DNA of 51,153 nucleotides from Octopus sinensis. Taxonomy: Eukaryota. Of this stretch, positions 1 through 11,378 are shown piece after piece. Position numbers and translations under genes: made by a program. Below the pieces are notes generated by a model, which ran no database searches, was not told where the DNA came from, and was given only the letters and a program-made list of their open reading frames with translations. Each line of letters starts with the position of its first letter. The first letter of the stretch is position 1. The stretch spans positions 1 through 51,153 of the forward strand of contig NW_021834176.1 in assembly GCF_006345805.1 (NCBI RefSeq). The letters are read 5' to 3'.

Positions 1-56
1 AATTGTTTAGCTATTTTCTAAGGTTGCAATTTATCCTAGTGAATAGTGCTGGAATT

Positions 57-130
57 CCTTTTATAGTTCCCGGAGAAGGAATGATCCAAAACGAAATTAA
101 AATTTTCGGCACCCCCACTGGGGAGATTGG
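57..130 (-). promoter_or_regulatory. Possible core promoter (CCAAT + TATAAAAG) pointing off the left window edge
   Basis: Minus strand reads TATAAAAGG at 65..57, with CCAAT at 130..126 about 60 nt upstream, inside about 900 bp of non-repetitive sequence. Motif match only. Confidence 0.2.
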
Positions 131-934
131 ACATCATAAAGCGAAATCTAAGAATCTTAAGAGAATTTTTAACATGATTGATCCAACCGTCCATAAACTC
201 TTCTATATTAACTGTCTCAATGCAACAAACACCAATCTTCGGTGGTCGGCCATACACAATGACATTCCCAGTCCATCAACCCTAGTCACTAGCTTTTACT
301 TTGTGATATGTCAAATGTCCTTAATAACGAGAATACAGCTTTGCCTTTGATATTCAGCAGGGATATCCAACGGTTCTTTAATCCCTCTAGACCGCTACGC
401 ACACTTTTCCACCTCTCTATCTTTAGCGCTTTAGAAAAGAATCGATAATTAATTTCACTTCCAAAGCTTAAAGACGACCGTTTTAATAGCTTTACGTGCG
501 CACTACCGCTTTCCTTGCCGCCCAAAACACTTGCCCGCATGTCATACGAGATAATGAGATCTACAGTAAAGTTTTACATCGTTTGACAACTGGCTGTAGC
601 TACCTTGAACTCTTCAGCAAAACCAACCATTCAACTGGCCGACCAGTCAGTAATTTCGCTATGGAAACACGTCAGACAATTAAACAACTTCCTTCGTAAA
701 TTACTTGCATACCGTTTCTATTCTCTCCACTGGCGATAAAGAGAACTCATACATTTCAATAGCCCGTAAGAGACATCTCAAAAGACTTATTAGAAATAGC
801 GGATCGTGAACTTACCCATCAAATCATACACTTGTGAATGCTATGATGACTACAAGCGTTTTTCGCCTATACGTATGTAAAGTGAAGCGACGGCTGCAGG
901 CTGTTGGTTGCTATCATTTCAACGAGTTCTGCAC

Positions 935-1159
935 GCACGCAAGTACACGCACACAAACACACACACACACATGGATGCTAGCACTCACGTACAGTGACAC
1001 ACACATACACCCACAAATACACAGACTCACACACATACTGGCACACAGACACATACACATGTACATATATGGATATATGTACGTCTGAGCGAGTGCGCAT
1101 TCTATATACAGGCAAATGAACACATCGTATGTTCTTTCATATGTATGTATGTCTCTCCT

Positions 1160-1237
<78 letters not shown>

Positions 1238-1400
1238 CATATATCTACCTATCTATCTATCTGTCTGTCTGTCTGTCAATAGCTTAGTTTGTCCGTCTGT
1301 CTGAGCGTCCACCTATCAATCTCTCATCCTACTAATCTGTCTGTCTATCTTCTTATCTCTGTTTCTATCTATTTATCTATCTTTCAATATTTATCTATCT
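935..1400. repeat. Compound microsatellite (CA)n/(TC)n/(TA)n/(TATC)n
   Basis: Direct reading of the sequence. Confidence 0.9.
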
Positions 1401-1585
1401 AAAGGCGAGGAGCAGGCAGAACCATTAGCACGCCGGGCAAAATGCATTTCCATCATCTATACGTTCTGAGTTCAAACTCTGCCGGAGTCGATAAAACAAG
1501 TATTAGTTGAACACTGGGGTTAATATTATCCATTTAGCCACTTACTTGGAATTGCTAGCCTTGTGCCAAATTTTGTAACTAATAT
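1401..1585 (+). mobile_element. tRNA-derived SINE, family B (degenerate, internally deleted)
   Basis: AAGGCGAGGAGCAGGCAGAACCATTAGCACGCCGGGC...TTCTGAGTTCAAACTCTGCCG...GTCGATAAAACAAGTA matches the copies at 30305, 44200 and 44790. Confidence 0.75.
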
Positions 1586-1652
1586 TTATCGATCTAAACA
1601 TGCGTCCGTATGTGCTTGTATGCATGTTTATTGTGTGCGTGTTTGACTGTAG

Positions 1653-1814
1653 TTGTGGCTGTATGGTTAAGATGTTTGCATTGTAACTACGTGAATTCGG
1701 CTTCAGCCCCGCTGTTTGGCACCTTTGGTCATTAAGTGTCTACTACTATAGTTCTGGGCCAGCCAAAGCCTTGTGAGGGGATTTGAGAGATGGGAACTGT
1801 GTTGAAATATTTGT

Positions 1815-1853
<39 letters not shown>

Positions 1854-2020
1854 CCTCTGTGTGTATACGTGTCTTAGTGTCGGTGCTTTTCTTAATTAAC
1901 TTTTAACAACAGGTGATGTTTTGGTTACCTCACTCTAACTTGATAATTCGGTAAATGATTCTCCCGACTTCACAAACAAATACCGGGGTCAATCTGTTCT
2001 ACTGATACCTAAAACTTTTC
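1653..2020 (+). mobile_element. tRNA-derived SINE, family A (degenerate)
   Basis: Head GTGGCTGTATGGTTAAG...GGCACCTTTGG...CCAAAGCCTTGTGAG, then a central (TG)n and a decayed tail; homologous to the full copies at 45318 and 47744. Confidence 0.7.
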
Positions 2021-2044
2021 AATGCTGGACACAGTGAGGCGCAG

Positions 2045-2195
2045 GGGATGCATGACCCCTGTTGTACTCTTTCGCCCCAACTCTCTCTCTCTCTCTCTCT
2101 TCCTGTTCTTGAATAACGCTGCGATGGATGGTGTCCCGTCCAGCTGGGGGGGAACACATACGCCACAAAAAACGAGAAACCGGGCCCATGAGCCT
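2045..2195 (+). mobile_element. SINE family D, body and tail fragment
   Basis: CCCCTGTTGTACTCTTTCGCC...AACGCTGCGATGGATGGTGTCCCGTCCAGCTGGGG...GAAACCGGGCCCATGAG is the reverse complement of part of 34320-34608. Confidence 0.75.
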
Positions 2196-2198
2196 GTG

Positions 2199-2255
<57 letters not shown>

Positions 2256-2770
2256 ATATATTATATATGTATGTATGTATGTATGTATGTTTGTAGTATG
2301 TATGTATGTATGTATGTATGTATATATATTATATGATGGACACGGAAATATATACAAATATATATATATATATATATATGTCCAAAAATATGTAGAATAC
2401 AAATAAATAAGAATTAGTATATACACATGTGTGTGTATATATATATAAATGTGTGTGTGTGTATAGCTATTTAGAAAGAAACGGGAAAAGGAAAGAAAAT
2501 TACAAATAAACGTGTGGACGTAGCACAAGTAATGTATTAATAAAACGATATATTTATAACAACATATATGTGTGTGTGTGTGTAGGTATATATCTGTGTG
2601 TGGGCGCGTTTGTGTGTGCACATATGTGTGTGTGCACATATGTGTGTGTGTCTGTGTGTGGGGGGTATACATCTGTGTGCGTGTTGTGTGTGCACATATG
2701 TGTCTATGTCTCTATACATCTGTGTGTGTGCGTGTTTGTGTGTATACATATGTGTGTGTGTGTGTGTGGT
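2196..2770. repeat. (TA)n/(TATG)n/(TG)n microsatellite field
   Basis: Direct reading of the sequence. Confidence 0.9.
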
Positions 2771-2883
2771 TGTTCGAGTTAAATTTTAGCTCTCATTTCT
2801 AGCAATTGTAGTTGCTATTTTGCAACCTTATTTGTTAATTCTTATGTTTTGGGTTTAAATTGCTATAGCCAACCATATCTTAG

Positions 2884-3170
2884 TGTAAGTAGCTTGCTTA
2901 CCAACCACATGGTTCCGGGTTCAGTCCCACTGCCTAGCTTTGGTCGACCCGAGGCTATAGTAGAGGACACACGCCCATGTGTGTATGTATGCCTGTATTT
3001 GTCTCCCCTTCCACAGCTTGAGAACCGGTGCTACTGCCTTCATGTCCCCGTTAGATAGAGTACCAGCCATTTAATAAAAGTACTGAAGTCGATACATTCG
3101 ATTATGAATTCTTCAAGGCCCCAACACGGCGGCTGTATAATGAATGAAACAAGTGAAAGATAAAATATAA
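2884..3170 (+). mobile_element. Rearranged SINE family A copy with an internal inversion
   Basis: Head 2884-2933 is in sense. Segment 2937-2970 (GCTTTGGTCGACCCGAGGCTATAGTAGAGGACAC) is the reverse complement of the next consensus segment. A decayed tail follows. Confidence 0.7.
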
Positions 3171-3177
3171 AAGATAT

Positions 3178-3248
<71 letters not shown>

Positions 3249-3410
3249 AGTTGTATACTCTCAACTTAAGGTAACAGTCCCATGAAGGGAATCACACTAC
3301 TGCTATTTAGGCCTGTGAAGCAGCAACGCTTCCTGTCGGGTTTGGCACATTCTCTGTATCCTTATGTTTACAAGGGAGAGACAAGCACCTCCACCCAGCT
3401 AAGCCTACAA

Positions 3411-3451
3411 CCAGAGACTAGTTTTTGCATCTTTGCTCGTCATTAGTCTGG
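3411..3451 (-). ncRNA. Decayed minimal type I hammerhead-like motif
   Basis: Minus strand: CCAGA-CTAATGA-CGA-GCA(AAGA)TGC-AAAAAC-TA-GTC-TCTGG. Stem I is 5 bp perfect, stem III is the palindrome ACTAGT, and the cleavage triplet is GUC. The core has G5A and G12A changes plus extra nucleotides. Confidence 0.45.
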
Positions 3452-3879
3452 AGTAGCATGGCCTGCTAGTTGGAGATGTCTATCTAGCTCTTGTAAATAT
3501 ATATGAATTCTAGTGAAATAAATTTACTGATTACAAAAATAGAATCAGTGTATTTATGAAACAAATATTTAGCAAATATAATATTTTGTGCTAAGAACCC
3601 CTTATCATATAGAAATTAGTACGAGGACAGAGACAAAATGTTATTCAAATTTATACCGATTAAAACTCTTATATTTCCTTGCCACTGTTATTATAATGGT
3701 ATAATTCGAAAATACACACGAAGGTATAATTCAAAAATACAGACGAGTTTAAAAGAAAACCTTTCGTCTATCGGCATGAAGTTGCTACTGTCATTAATTC
3801 TATTTGGGATTTTCAGCTGTGGAAACCCATTGCTCTGGAGCAGCGAAAGTGTTGGATCTTTTCGGTTTGAATGATAGTT

Positions 3880-4200
3880 TTTTCTAGCGGTGTCATATGA
3901 AATTGTCACCCATAATTATGACCCTAGTATCGATCTATTGCATTTCAATCTGTTTTAGTATTAGAGTTTGTTAGGATTAGTTAGGGTTAGTTAGGGTTAG
4001 GGTTCGGGGTGGGGGAAGGGTATCTTTTTTCTTCACAAATGCAAATAAACCCAATATGTTTCTTAAACGAGGGACAAATTCATACGACACAGAATGTTTT
4101 TTAGCTCAATAGACGTCAGTGATTGGTTGAAATCGCAGAAATTAAAGAAAAAAAACAAGAAATATCTTACAAACTATAGAATTTTCTCAAGAGAAAAAGA
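3880..4200. mobile_element. Probable non-autonomous Helentron-type (HINE/DINE-like) element with an internal TTAGGG tract
   Basis: An 18-bp inverted pair, GTGTCATATGAAATTGTC (3890-3907) and GACAAATTCATACGACAC (4073-4090), with 2 mismatches, brackets degenerate (TTAGGG)n at 3961-4005. The class assignment is inferred from this architecture. Confidence 0.5.
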
Positions 4201-4599
4201 TGTTTTATAAACACATTCTACCATTATATGAAGTTTAAAATTTTTTAGTTACCTAGAAATTATGTTAAAAACTCGTTCAAACCGAAAAGATTCATAGTGT
4301 TCGTGGCAAGCACACTTGGAAGGGTGAAATCCGCTGAGTTCAGTTTTGAGGTATGTAACAATTTCTTGCCGTAAAATTCAACCGAGAGGATTTCAAACTC
4401 TACTGAACTTATGTTTTAATATTTCATCATCTTTTGGTTAGGAGTTTTTCACTGGAAATGATACATTTAAATGGATTGTCTTATGTTTTCTTTTACACAA
4501 AGTAATCTGCGTAGCAAAGTTTCTTTTAATTTTTCAAAGTCATATCTCACAATGTTTCATACAAACTTTACCAGTACAAATTTAAGCGTTGTAGCACAG

Positions 4600-4622
4600 A
4601 CATACATATATACGTATATACA

Positions 4623-4669
<47 letters not shown>

Positions 4670-4780
4670 GTGTGTGTTTGTGCGTTTGTACGTTTGTGCG
4701 TTTGTGTGTTTGTGTGTGGGGATGCGTGTATCCATGTGTGTGTATGTGTGTGTGTGTATGTGTGTGTGTGTGTGTGTGAA
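4600..4780. repeat. (TA)n/(TG)n microsatellite
   Basis: Direct reading of the sequence. Confidence 0.9.
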
Positions 4781-5139
4781 TATTCATATATGCATAATAT
4801 ATGATTCATGTATTTCATTGGATGTTTAGTAAAAATGAAAACACAGCTAGCAGAAGACAACACCTGCATAAAATGATTTGATTTTATAGTTCACTTTCGC
4901 TTTTACGTCTTAAATTACTTTTTATTTTTAATAAAAATACTCTAATGATACCAATCTCTTAGTTTTAATGAACACCATTCTTCAGAAACGGAAAATTATA
5001 TTTCTCAGAAATTTATAAAAATTGCAATTTATCTCTAGGATAATAGTATCAACTACAGAAAAAGAAATACAATTTCGTCCTGTTTATATCTATCGGTAAG
5101 CCTCAATTTTTTTTCTTAACTTTTATATTTAAGCATTAA

Positions 5140-5222
<83 letters not shown>
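5140..5222. repeat. (AAT)n microsatellite
   Basis: Near-perfect AAT run. Confidence 0.95.
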
Positions 5223-5223
<1 letters not shown>

Positions 5224-5784
5224 TCTTTTTTTCTAAATTTGGGCGAACATTAAAGATTTAGAGAGATACCGCACTTTTATTAGTGATACTAAAACAACTG
5301 GCGTGTTTTAAGAAGCGCTATAAACGTTGGGCTCCATTTTAAATGGCGTTGTTTTGGAGCAAGTTTTATTTTGACTCTCGTGCTTTAGGAAGCTAGTTAT
5401 TACATAGACAAATCGATATTAGCCTTCGCTGAACTATAGGGTTGTTATTTTCTTTATGTACATGTGTGTTTGTGTTTTCTTTTTGTATCCTTTTCTTGTT
5501 GTTTTGTTGTTTTCGTTTGTGCTATTTCTCGGATATTTTTTGTTTTTATTTTCGTGTAGTTTTTTCTTTTTTTTTGATATGATGAACCTTTCAATGTGAC
5601 ATCATTGAAGTAGGTTGTTATGATCTAAGTTTATTGCAGAGAGGAAATAAAATGGAAAATATACATACACGCATACATAATATCAAAACAGGACTAAGAG
5701 AGAAGGAGAAAAAAATATTCCCACCAGAATATCGGAACTTTTGAAAGCCATTAACAATATCAAAACCAGTATAAACAACATCAT

Positions 5785-5794
5785 CATCATTAGC

Positions 5795-5845
<51 letters not shown>

Positions 5846-6390
5846 TAATAATAATCATCATCATCATAATAATAATAATAATAATCAATATTATTTTCGT
5901 CTTCGTCGTCATCAGTATAGTGATCATCGTGGTCGTCACCATCCTCGTTATCATCCTTCTCCTCATCATCATTATCATCATCATCGTCGATGATAATGTA
6001 GTCATCATTATCATCATCATCGTCGACGCCATTGTAGTCATCATCATCATCATCATCATCATCGTCGTCATCATCATCATCATCATCATCATCGTCATCA
6101 TCATCATCATCATCATCATCGTCATCATCATCATCATCATCGCTATCATCATCGTCATCATCATCATCGTCATCATCATCATCATCATTATCTTAATCAT
6201 CATCATCATCGTCGTCGTCGTCATCATCATCATCATCATCATCATCTTCATCATCATCATCATCATCATCATTATCATCGTCATCATTATCATCATCGTC
6301 GTCGTCATGATCATCATCGTCGTCGTCGTCGTCATCATCATCATCATCATCATCATCGTCATCGTCATCATCATCATCATCATCATCAGA
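5785..6390. repeat. Compound trinucleotide tract (ATA)n/(ATC)n/(GTC)n
   Basis: Produces the poly-Met and poly-Ile pseudo-ORFs 5790..6503 and 5920..6405. Confidence 0.95.
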
Positions 6391-6499
6391 AACAACAGCA
6401 AATGAAAAAAATCACAAGTGGAAAATATAGAAATATAGTAAAAAAATACAAATGAAATTTCGAGATAAACAGCAAAGTATGGGGGGAAAAAAACAATAT

Positions 6500-6790
6500 C
6501 CAAATATCAACTGCAGCAACAATAACAAAAGCAAAAACGGTAACAATAATAACAACAACAGCAACAACAACAACAAGACGAACAGCAACTACAACAACCG
6601 AAGCATTGATATCTATAATAATCTGCAGTGCCGATGGAAAAAAAAAACATACACGTACATACACACCACTTACACAGACATACAAGGGCTGTAGCAGAAG
6701 CGATAGAAGCAGAGGCTGCAACAGCAGCAACAACAACAGCAGCAGCAGCAGCAGCAGCGACAGCAACAGCCACAAAAGCAACAGGAACCG
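6500..6790. repeat. (CAA)n/(CAG)n low-complexity tract
   Basis: AAC/CAA runs at 6510-6600 and CAG runs at 6720-6775. Confidence 0.85.
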
Positions 6791-6873
6791 TAGAATTGGT
6801 AAGAGAAAATGAACGAATAATAGCGATATAAGGGTGCCGGAATCAGTTTCGTGCTATTCTTATCTCCACGCAG

Positions 6874-6906
6874 AGTTTAAAAATAAAGAGTTGAACTTAT
6901 ACGAAT
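6874..6906 (+). other. Candidate 33-nt micro-exon
   Basis: Acceptor TTCTTATCTCCACGCAG at 6873 and donor GTAAGT at 6907. An upstream donor GTAAGA at 6799 gives a 75-nt intron. One frame is open (FKNKELNLYE). Splice motifs only. Confidence 0.25.
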
Positions 6907-7295
6907 GTAAGTACTATGGGATCTTTTGTACGTAAGATAAATGAATATACATCCATAGAAAGTATCGATTTTATGGTTATAAACCGGCGTAAGGTCTTAC
7001 ATGTATAGGTCTTGCGATACATAGTAAACTCGGTAAGATCGACGATCACATTACGCAGATCTTGTCTGCTGGATATTTTGTCAACATGGAAAAGGATAAA
7101 ATGTGAAGCTGATCATTTTTTGAAGAAGAACGTAGTACACAGGGAATGAGACCTGACTGGGAAATGCAGGACATTTTTAACCATTTCCCTACTTTTCTTT
7201 TTAACTCAGATAAATTGAAGGAAAGTTGTATACGAAGATATATAGGCAGATAGGTATATATACATATATAACATTTTACATATATATGTAAATGA

Positions 7296-7639
7296 ATGAT
7301 GATGACCCCCTTCGGTCAGACACTGACCATGGGTTTGCACCTAGAGAGTTACCCTCAGAAGCACAAGTCTGGGCAAGGTTGTTTTATGGAAGACCAGCAG
7401 TCGCCCATGCATACCGGTCTCCCCTCTCTACGTCACCGATGTTGTCCAAGGGAAAGGCAAGGGCCGATACAGCTTGGCACCTGTGACGTCGCAACTCATT
7501 TCTACAGCTGAGTGAACTGGAGCAACGTGAAATAAAGTGTCTTGCTCAAGAACACAATACGCAGCCCGGTCCGGGATTCGAGCTCACAACCTCACGATCG
7601 TAAGCTCGACGCTCTAACCACTGAGCCACGCGCCTTCAC
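7296..7639 (-). mobile_element. tRNA(Arg)-like SINE, family C, near full length
   Basis: Minus head GGCGCGTGGCTCAGTGGTTAGAGCGTCGAGCTTACGATCGTGAGGTTGTGAGCTCGAATCCCGG has A and B boxes and ACG at the anticodon position. It is followed by a CORE-like domain TTGAGCAAGACACTTTATTTCACGTTGCTCCAGTTCACTCAGCTGTAGAAATGAG and ends in (TCA)n. Confidence 0.85.
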
Positions 7640-7890
7640 ATGTAAATGAATATATGTATAATATATATATAGCCGACAGTTGAGACCCAGTGATTCTTAG
7701 TATAGAAAACATTTAGTAGTGCTCAAATGATTCGAACTTACGGTTCGAAGCCTTTACAAGTGACAAATTTAGCGGCGTAAAGAGGAGTCGAAGTGGGCAG
7801 CTATTTTGTCCCTGTCTCTCCCTTTTTTCTCGCCATTCCCTGATGCTTCCATCTACACACTCTCTCTCGCTCTCTCTGTCTCTTTTGCCA

Positions 7891-8000
7891 CTCCTTAATT
7901 CCTTTGCTCCCTTTTCTCCCTCTTCTCCCCTCCTTAATTCCTTTCTTTTTCTTTTGCTCTCTCTTCTCCCCTCCTTAATTCCTTTGTTCCCCTTTTTCTC
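7891..8000. repeat. About 40-bp CT-rich minisatellite, 3 units
   Basis: CTCCTTAATTCCTTT recurs at 7891, 7930 and 7971. Confidence 0.75.
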
Positions 8001-8016
8001 TCTCTTCTCTTCTCAC

Positions 8017-8075
8017 GTGACCGTTGGCCGACTGCTGGCCTTTTTGCGTTTGGCTGCGGTCGCTGTCACATCCAT
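8017..8075 (-). other. Candidate short first coding exon or uORF (MDVTATAAKRKKASSRPTV)
   Basis: ATG at 8075 in a GC-richer unique island, donor-like GTGAGA at 8016, and three minus-strand CCAAT boxes upstream (8313, 8401, 8507). No homology recognised. Confidence 0.15.
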
Positions 8076-8759
8076 ACTTTTCCTCTGCCGTAAGGCTTAA
8101 TTCCCAACACGCCAGCTGAATTCAATTCGTCTCCAGTCGAAAGACGCCTGTTGTTATGTCCTGTTATTATTATTATTATTGTTTTTTGTATTATATTTGT
8201 ATTTATATTCGTGTAACATCGTCCGTTTTTCCGTCCTTGTTTCGTATACATTCGAAGCTTTTTTCCAAGGAATCTAATGCTCTTAGCTTAGTTTTTCCTT
8301 GGGACCGACCAGATTGGAGCAATGAAAGATTAATCAGCCGAAATTGCGAGGATGATCCGGTTCTTTACTGACAATTAAATGAATGACCCGTCCGTGTTTT
8401 ATTGGAGAGAAATCAACCTTAGCCCGTTTCATAAAACCACTGAAAGTGTCCGTTCTATACAATTACACTCCGACAACTAATCATATTCTAGCGTTGCATA
8501 ATGACGATTGGTGCTGAGACAGACACATCAACATCAAAGCAAAATATAACACAAAGTACTGACAGACAGGCTCCATCCATTGCAGGTGAAATCCCTTCGA
8601 CGGAGTCCGCACAGTTTCCGTCTATGTAATAACATTCACTTCTCTTCCGTTAACCCTAGCTTATGTTAACAGTCTGTTGTCTCGGATGTCAAGCTGCGGT
8701 ATTGAACACGGAACCTCGTGATTGTAACATAAATTTCGTACTATATGCATATGCGCGTC

Positions 8760-8942
8760 TCTATATACATATATATCCGCGTGCTTGTGTGTGTGTGTAA
8801 TGAATGTATGTATGTATATTATATATGTATTTATATACATACATATATATATAATATACATATATATGCCAATACATATATAAATGCTCACACACACATA
8901 CTCACACACACAAACACCCACCCACACACACACACACATATA

Positions 8943-9028
<86 letters not shown>

Positions 9029-9110
9029 TGCATCATATATGTATATATGTATACGTTTATATATAGAAAATATAAATATCTATGGACCCGTGTACATATA
9101 TTCATATGTG
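8760..9110. repeat. (TA)n/(CA)n microsatellite field
   Basis: Direct reading of the sequence. Confidence 0.9.
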
Positions 9111-9359
9111 TGTGTATATTTCCTTGCGTGGGGGAGTGTTTATGCTTGTGCGTGCGTGAGTGTATCTGTGTATGCGTGGAAATAAATCTTTAGCCATATT
9201 CTATATCTACTAATAAACAAACAGCGCAGGTAGAAAAATAATAGAAAAATATACCTACAAAAATAACAGCTTCTTAACTACAATGCAGATATTGCATCTG
9301 AGCAGCCATTATTAGAAACATCACAGTTATTATTATCAACATCGATATCATCGTGCTTG

Positions 9360-9384
9360 TCATCACCACCACAACCATCACCAC

Positions 9385-9432
<48 letters not shown>

Positions 9433-9435
9433 TAT
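9360..9435. repeat. (CAC)n/(CAT)n microsatellite
   Basis: Direct reading of the sequence. Confidence 0.9.
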
Positions 9436-9919
9436 CATTTCAGCAACAGCAAGCATGAGCAGCAGATATGAAAACCATTAATAATATTCGCCATCTTAAC
9501 TTTCAACGTAATCTCCAAACCGAGATACGGTCGCCATTTTTCAAATCTCGATTCATGCTATCGGTAATGTAAAACAGAGATTTTGGGAGAATGAGAGGGG
9601 AAAGGGGTAAGACAGAATAACAGGGGGACCGAGGAAGAGAGAGACAGAGAAGAGAGAGAGAGAGAGTGGGTGAGAGATAAGAAGATAGATTAAGAGATAC
9701 AAAATAGAGTGTATTTGTGGATATTTTAAACAAAAAGGAAGCTTTGCAACGAATCTTCTATTTTTGTAATATTTTATTGTGCTTGAAAATTTTCAATTTC
9801 ATCAGCTTTTTCGGCTCTTGACAAAGTTTAGAACTAGACAGATGTCGAAATGTTTCAAGAAATTATAATCAGATATTCGTATTATCTAAAGCCAGTATAT
9901 GCATATTTATATATATACG

Positions 9920-10193
9920 TACTTAGACACACACACACACACACATTTTCCAACATACATACATACATGCATACATACATACATATATACATAACAGAGA
10001 CAGAGAGGATATCTTGGATTTCATTTGCATTTATGGATTTACGAGAAAAAGTAACGTTTGTTGAGGCAAACATCAAGAAATGGAAAGCATACATATGTAA
10101 ATATGTGCATATATATGTGTGTGTGTGTGTATGTGTTTGTATGTGTCTCTACATGTGTATACATATGTATGTGTGTATATTATATATGTATAT

Positions 10194-10226
<33 letters not shown>

Positions 10227-10366
10227 TGTGTGTGTGTGTGTATACACATATATAAAGGCATATATATGTATGTATAAATACGTATAAAGCATACGAATGT
10301 AAATATGTACGAGGCATATATATATGGGTGTGTTGTTGTTGGAGTGTGTGTGTGCGTGTGTGCATG

Positions 10367-10422
<56 letters not shown>

Positions 10423-10930
10423 TGTGTGTGTATGTGTGTATGTATGTATATATCAAAATGAATGTGAATACTGAATCGATTCGTGAATATAGATATTTTC
10501 ATATATGTACTTCTACATACACACGCACACACACTCACACACACTCACACATAAAAGTATAAACATGAGTATATATATTTATATATATACATATATACAT
10601 GTATATATATATATATATGCATGTATATGGTTGTATATGTATATGCATATATGTATATTCATTTATACATGCATGCTTATATATACACATATATATATAC
10701 ATTTACACACACGCATATGAGTATGTTTTATTTGTATGTGTGTATTCCTACGTGTATATGTGCACGCATGTGTGTACATTTGTGTATATTTATCCTAAGC
10801 ATACACATATATTTAACAGCGTGCATTTATGTACATACGTTGGTATATACATGTCATTATGTATATATATGTATGTTACTATCTACTTAAATAAATATGT
10901 ATATACGTATGTATGTGTAATAAACGCCAG
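9920..10930. repeat. About 1-kb (TA)/(TG)/(CA)/(TACA) microsatellite field
   Basis: Source of about ten Y/I/V/C/H/T pseudo-ORFs. Confidence 0.9.
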
Positions 10931-11378
10931 TTTAAATCGAAAATATATACAAATATATACAACAGGAATAACAAAATCATATATTAGGACGACAAAAAAT
11001 GTCAATACATAGAATTATATATTCATTTGCCAAGAAATTCTCAACAAAGCTATCATCTAAGTATCAGTAAATTATCGTTAAATATATTTTTGTTAGCATT
11101 TAACTGGAAGCAGTGCAAATTATAACATCGTTATTTGTTTTCTTCCCAGTTCTTACGTTTCTAGCACTTTGCTTTAAGTAATGGATATTCGTCGGATCGG
11201 AGACGAGTATCCGGTGCTTAGATCAACTGTACTTCCAACTCATTGAATTAACATATAAAAGGCTGAGAAGCGTAATTCTCGGGCCGATTCCGCAGAACTT
11301 ATAAATCTAGGCTCTAACCTTCCGATACGAACTCCAAGACAATTCCTGATTCTATGATACAAACTTATTGCTTTCAAG

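Noticed and set aside
3961-4005. Chromosome end or true telomere
   Set aside because: Only a few degenerate TTAGGG units embedded within an IR-bounded element.
5578-5625. Hairpin ACCT-TTCAATG(TGACAT)CATTGAA-GT-AGGT after ATGATGA
   Set aside because: The hairpin is real, but the GAAAC segment and stem I are absent, so a ribozyme call is unsupported.
7569-7639. tRNA-Arg(ACG) gene
   Set aside because: The acceptor and T stems are imperfect and the sequence continues directly into a SINE body that is repeated at 11445 and 30945.
9289-9570. Exon-like segment after TGCAG with a Ser/Pro/Gln-rich frame
   Set aside because: All three frames terminate shortly after the (CAT)n tract; it could be UTR, but coding status is unsupported.
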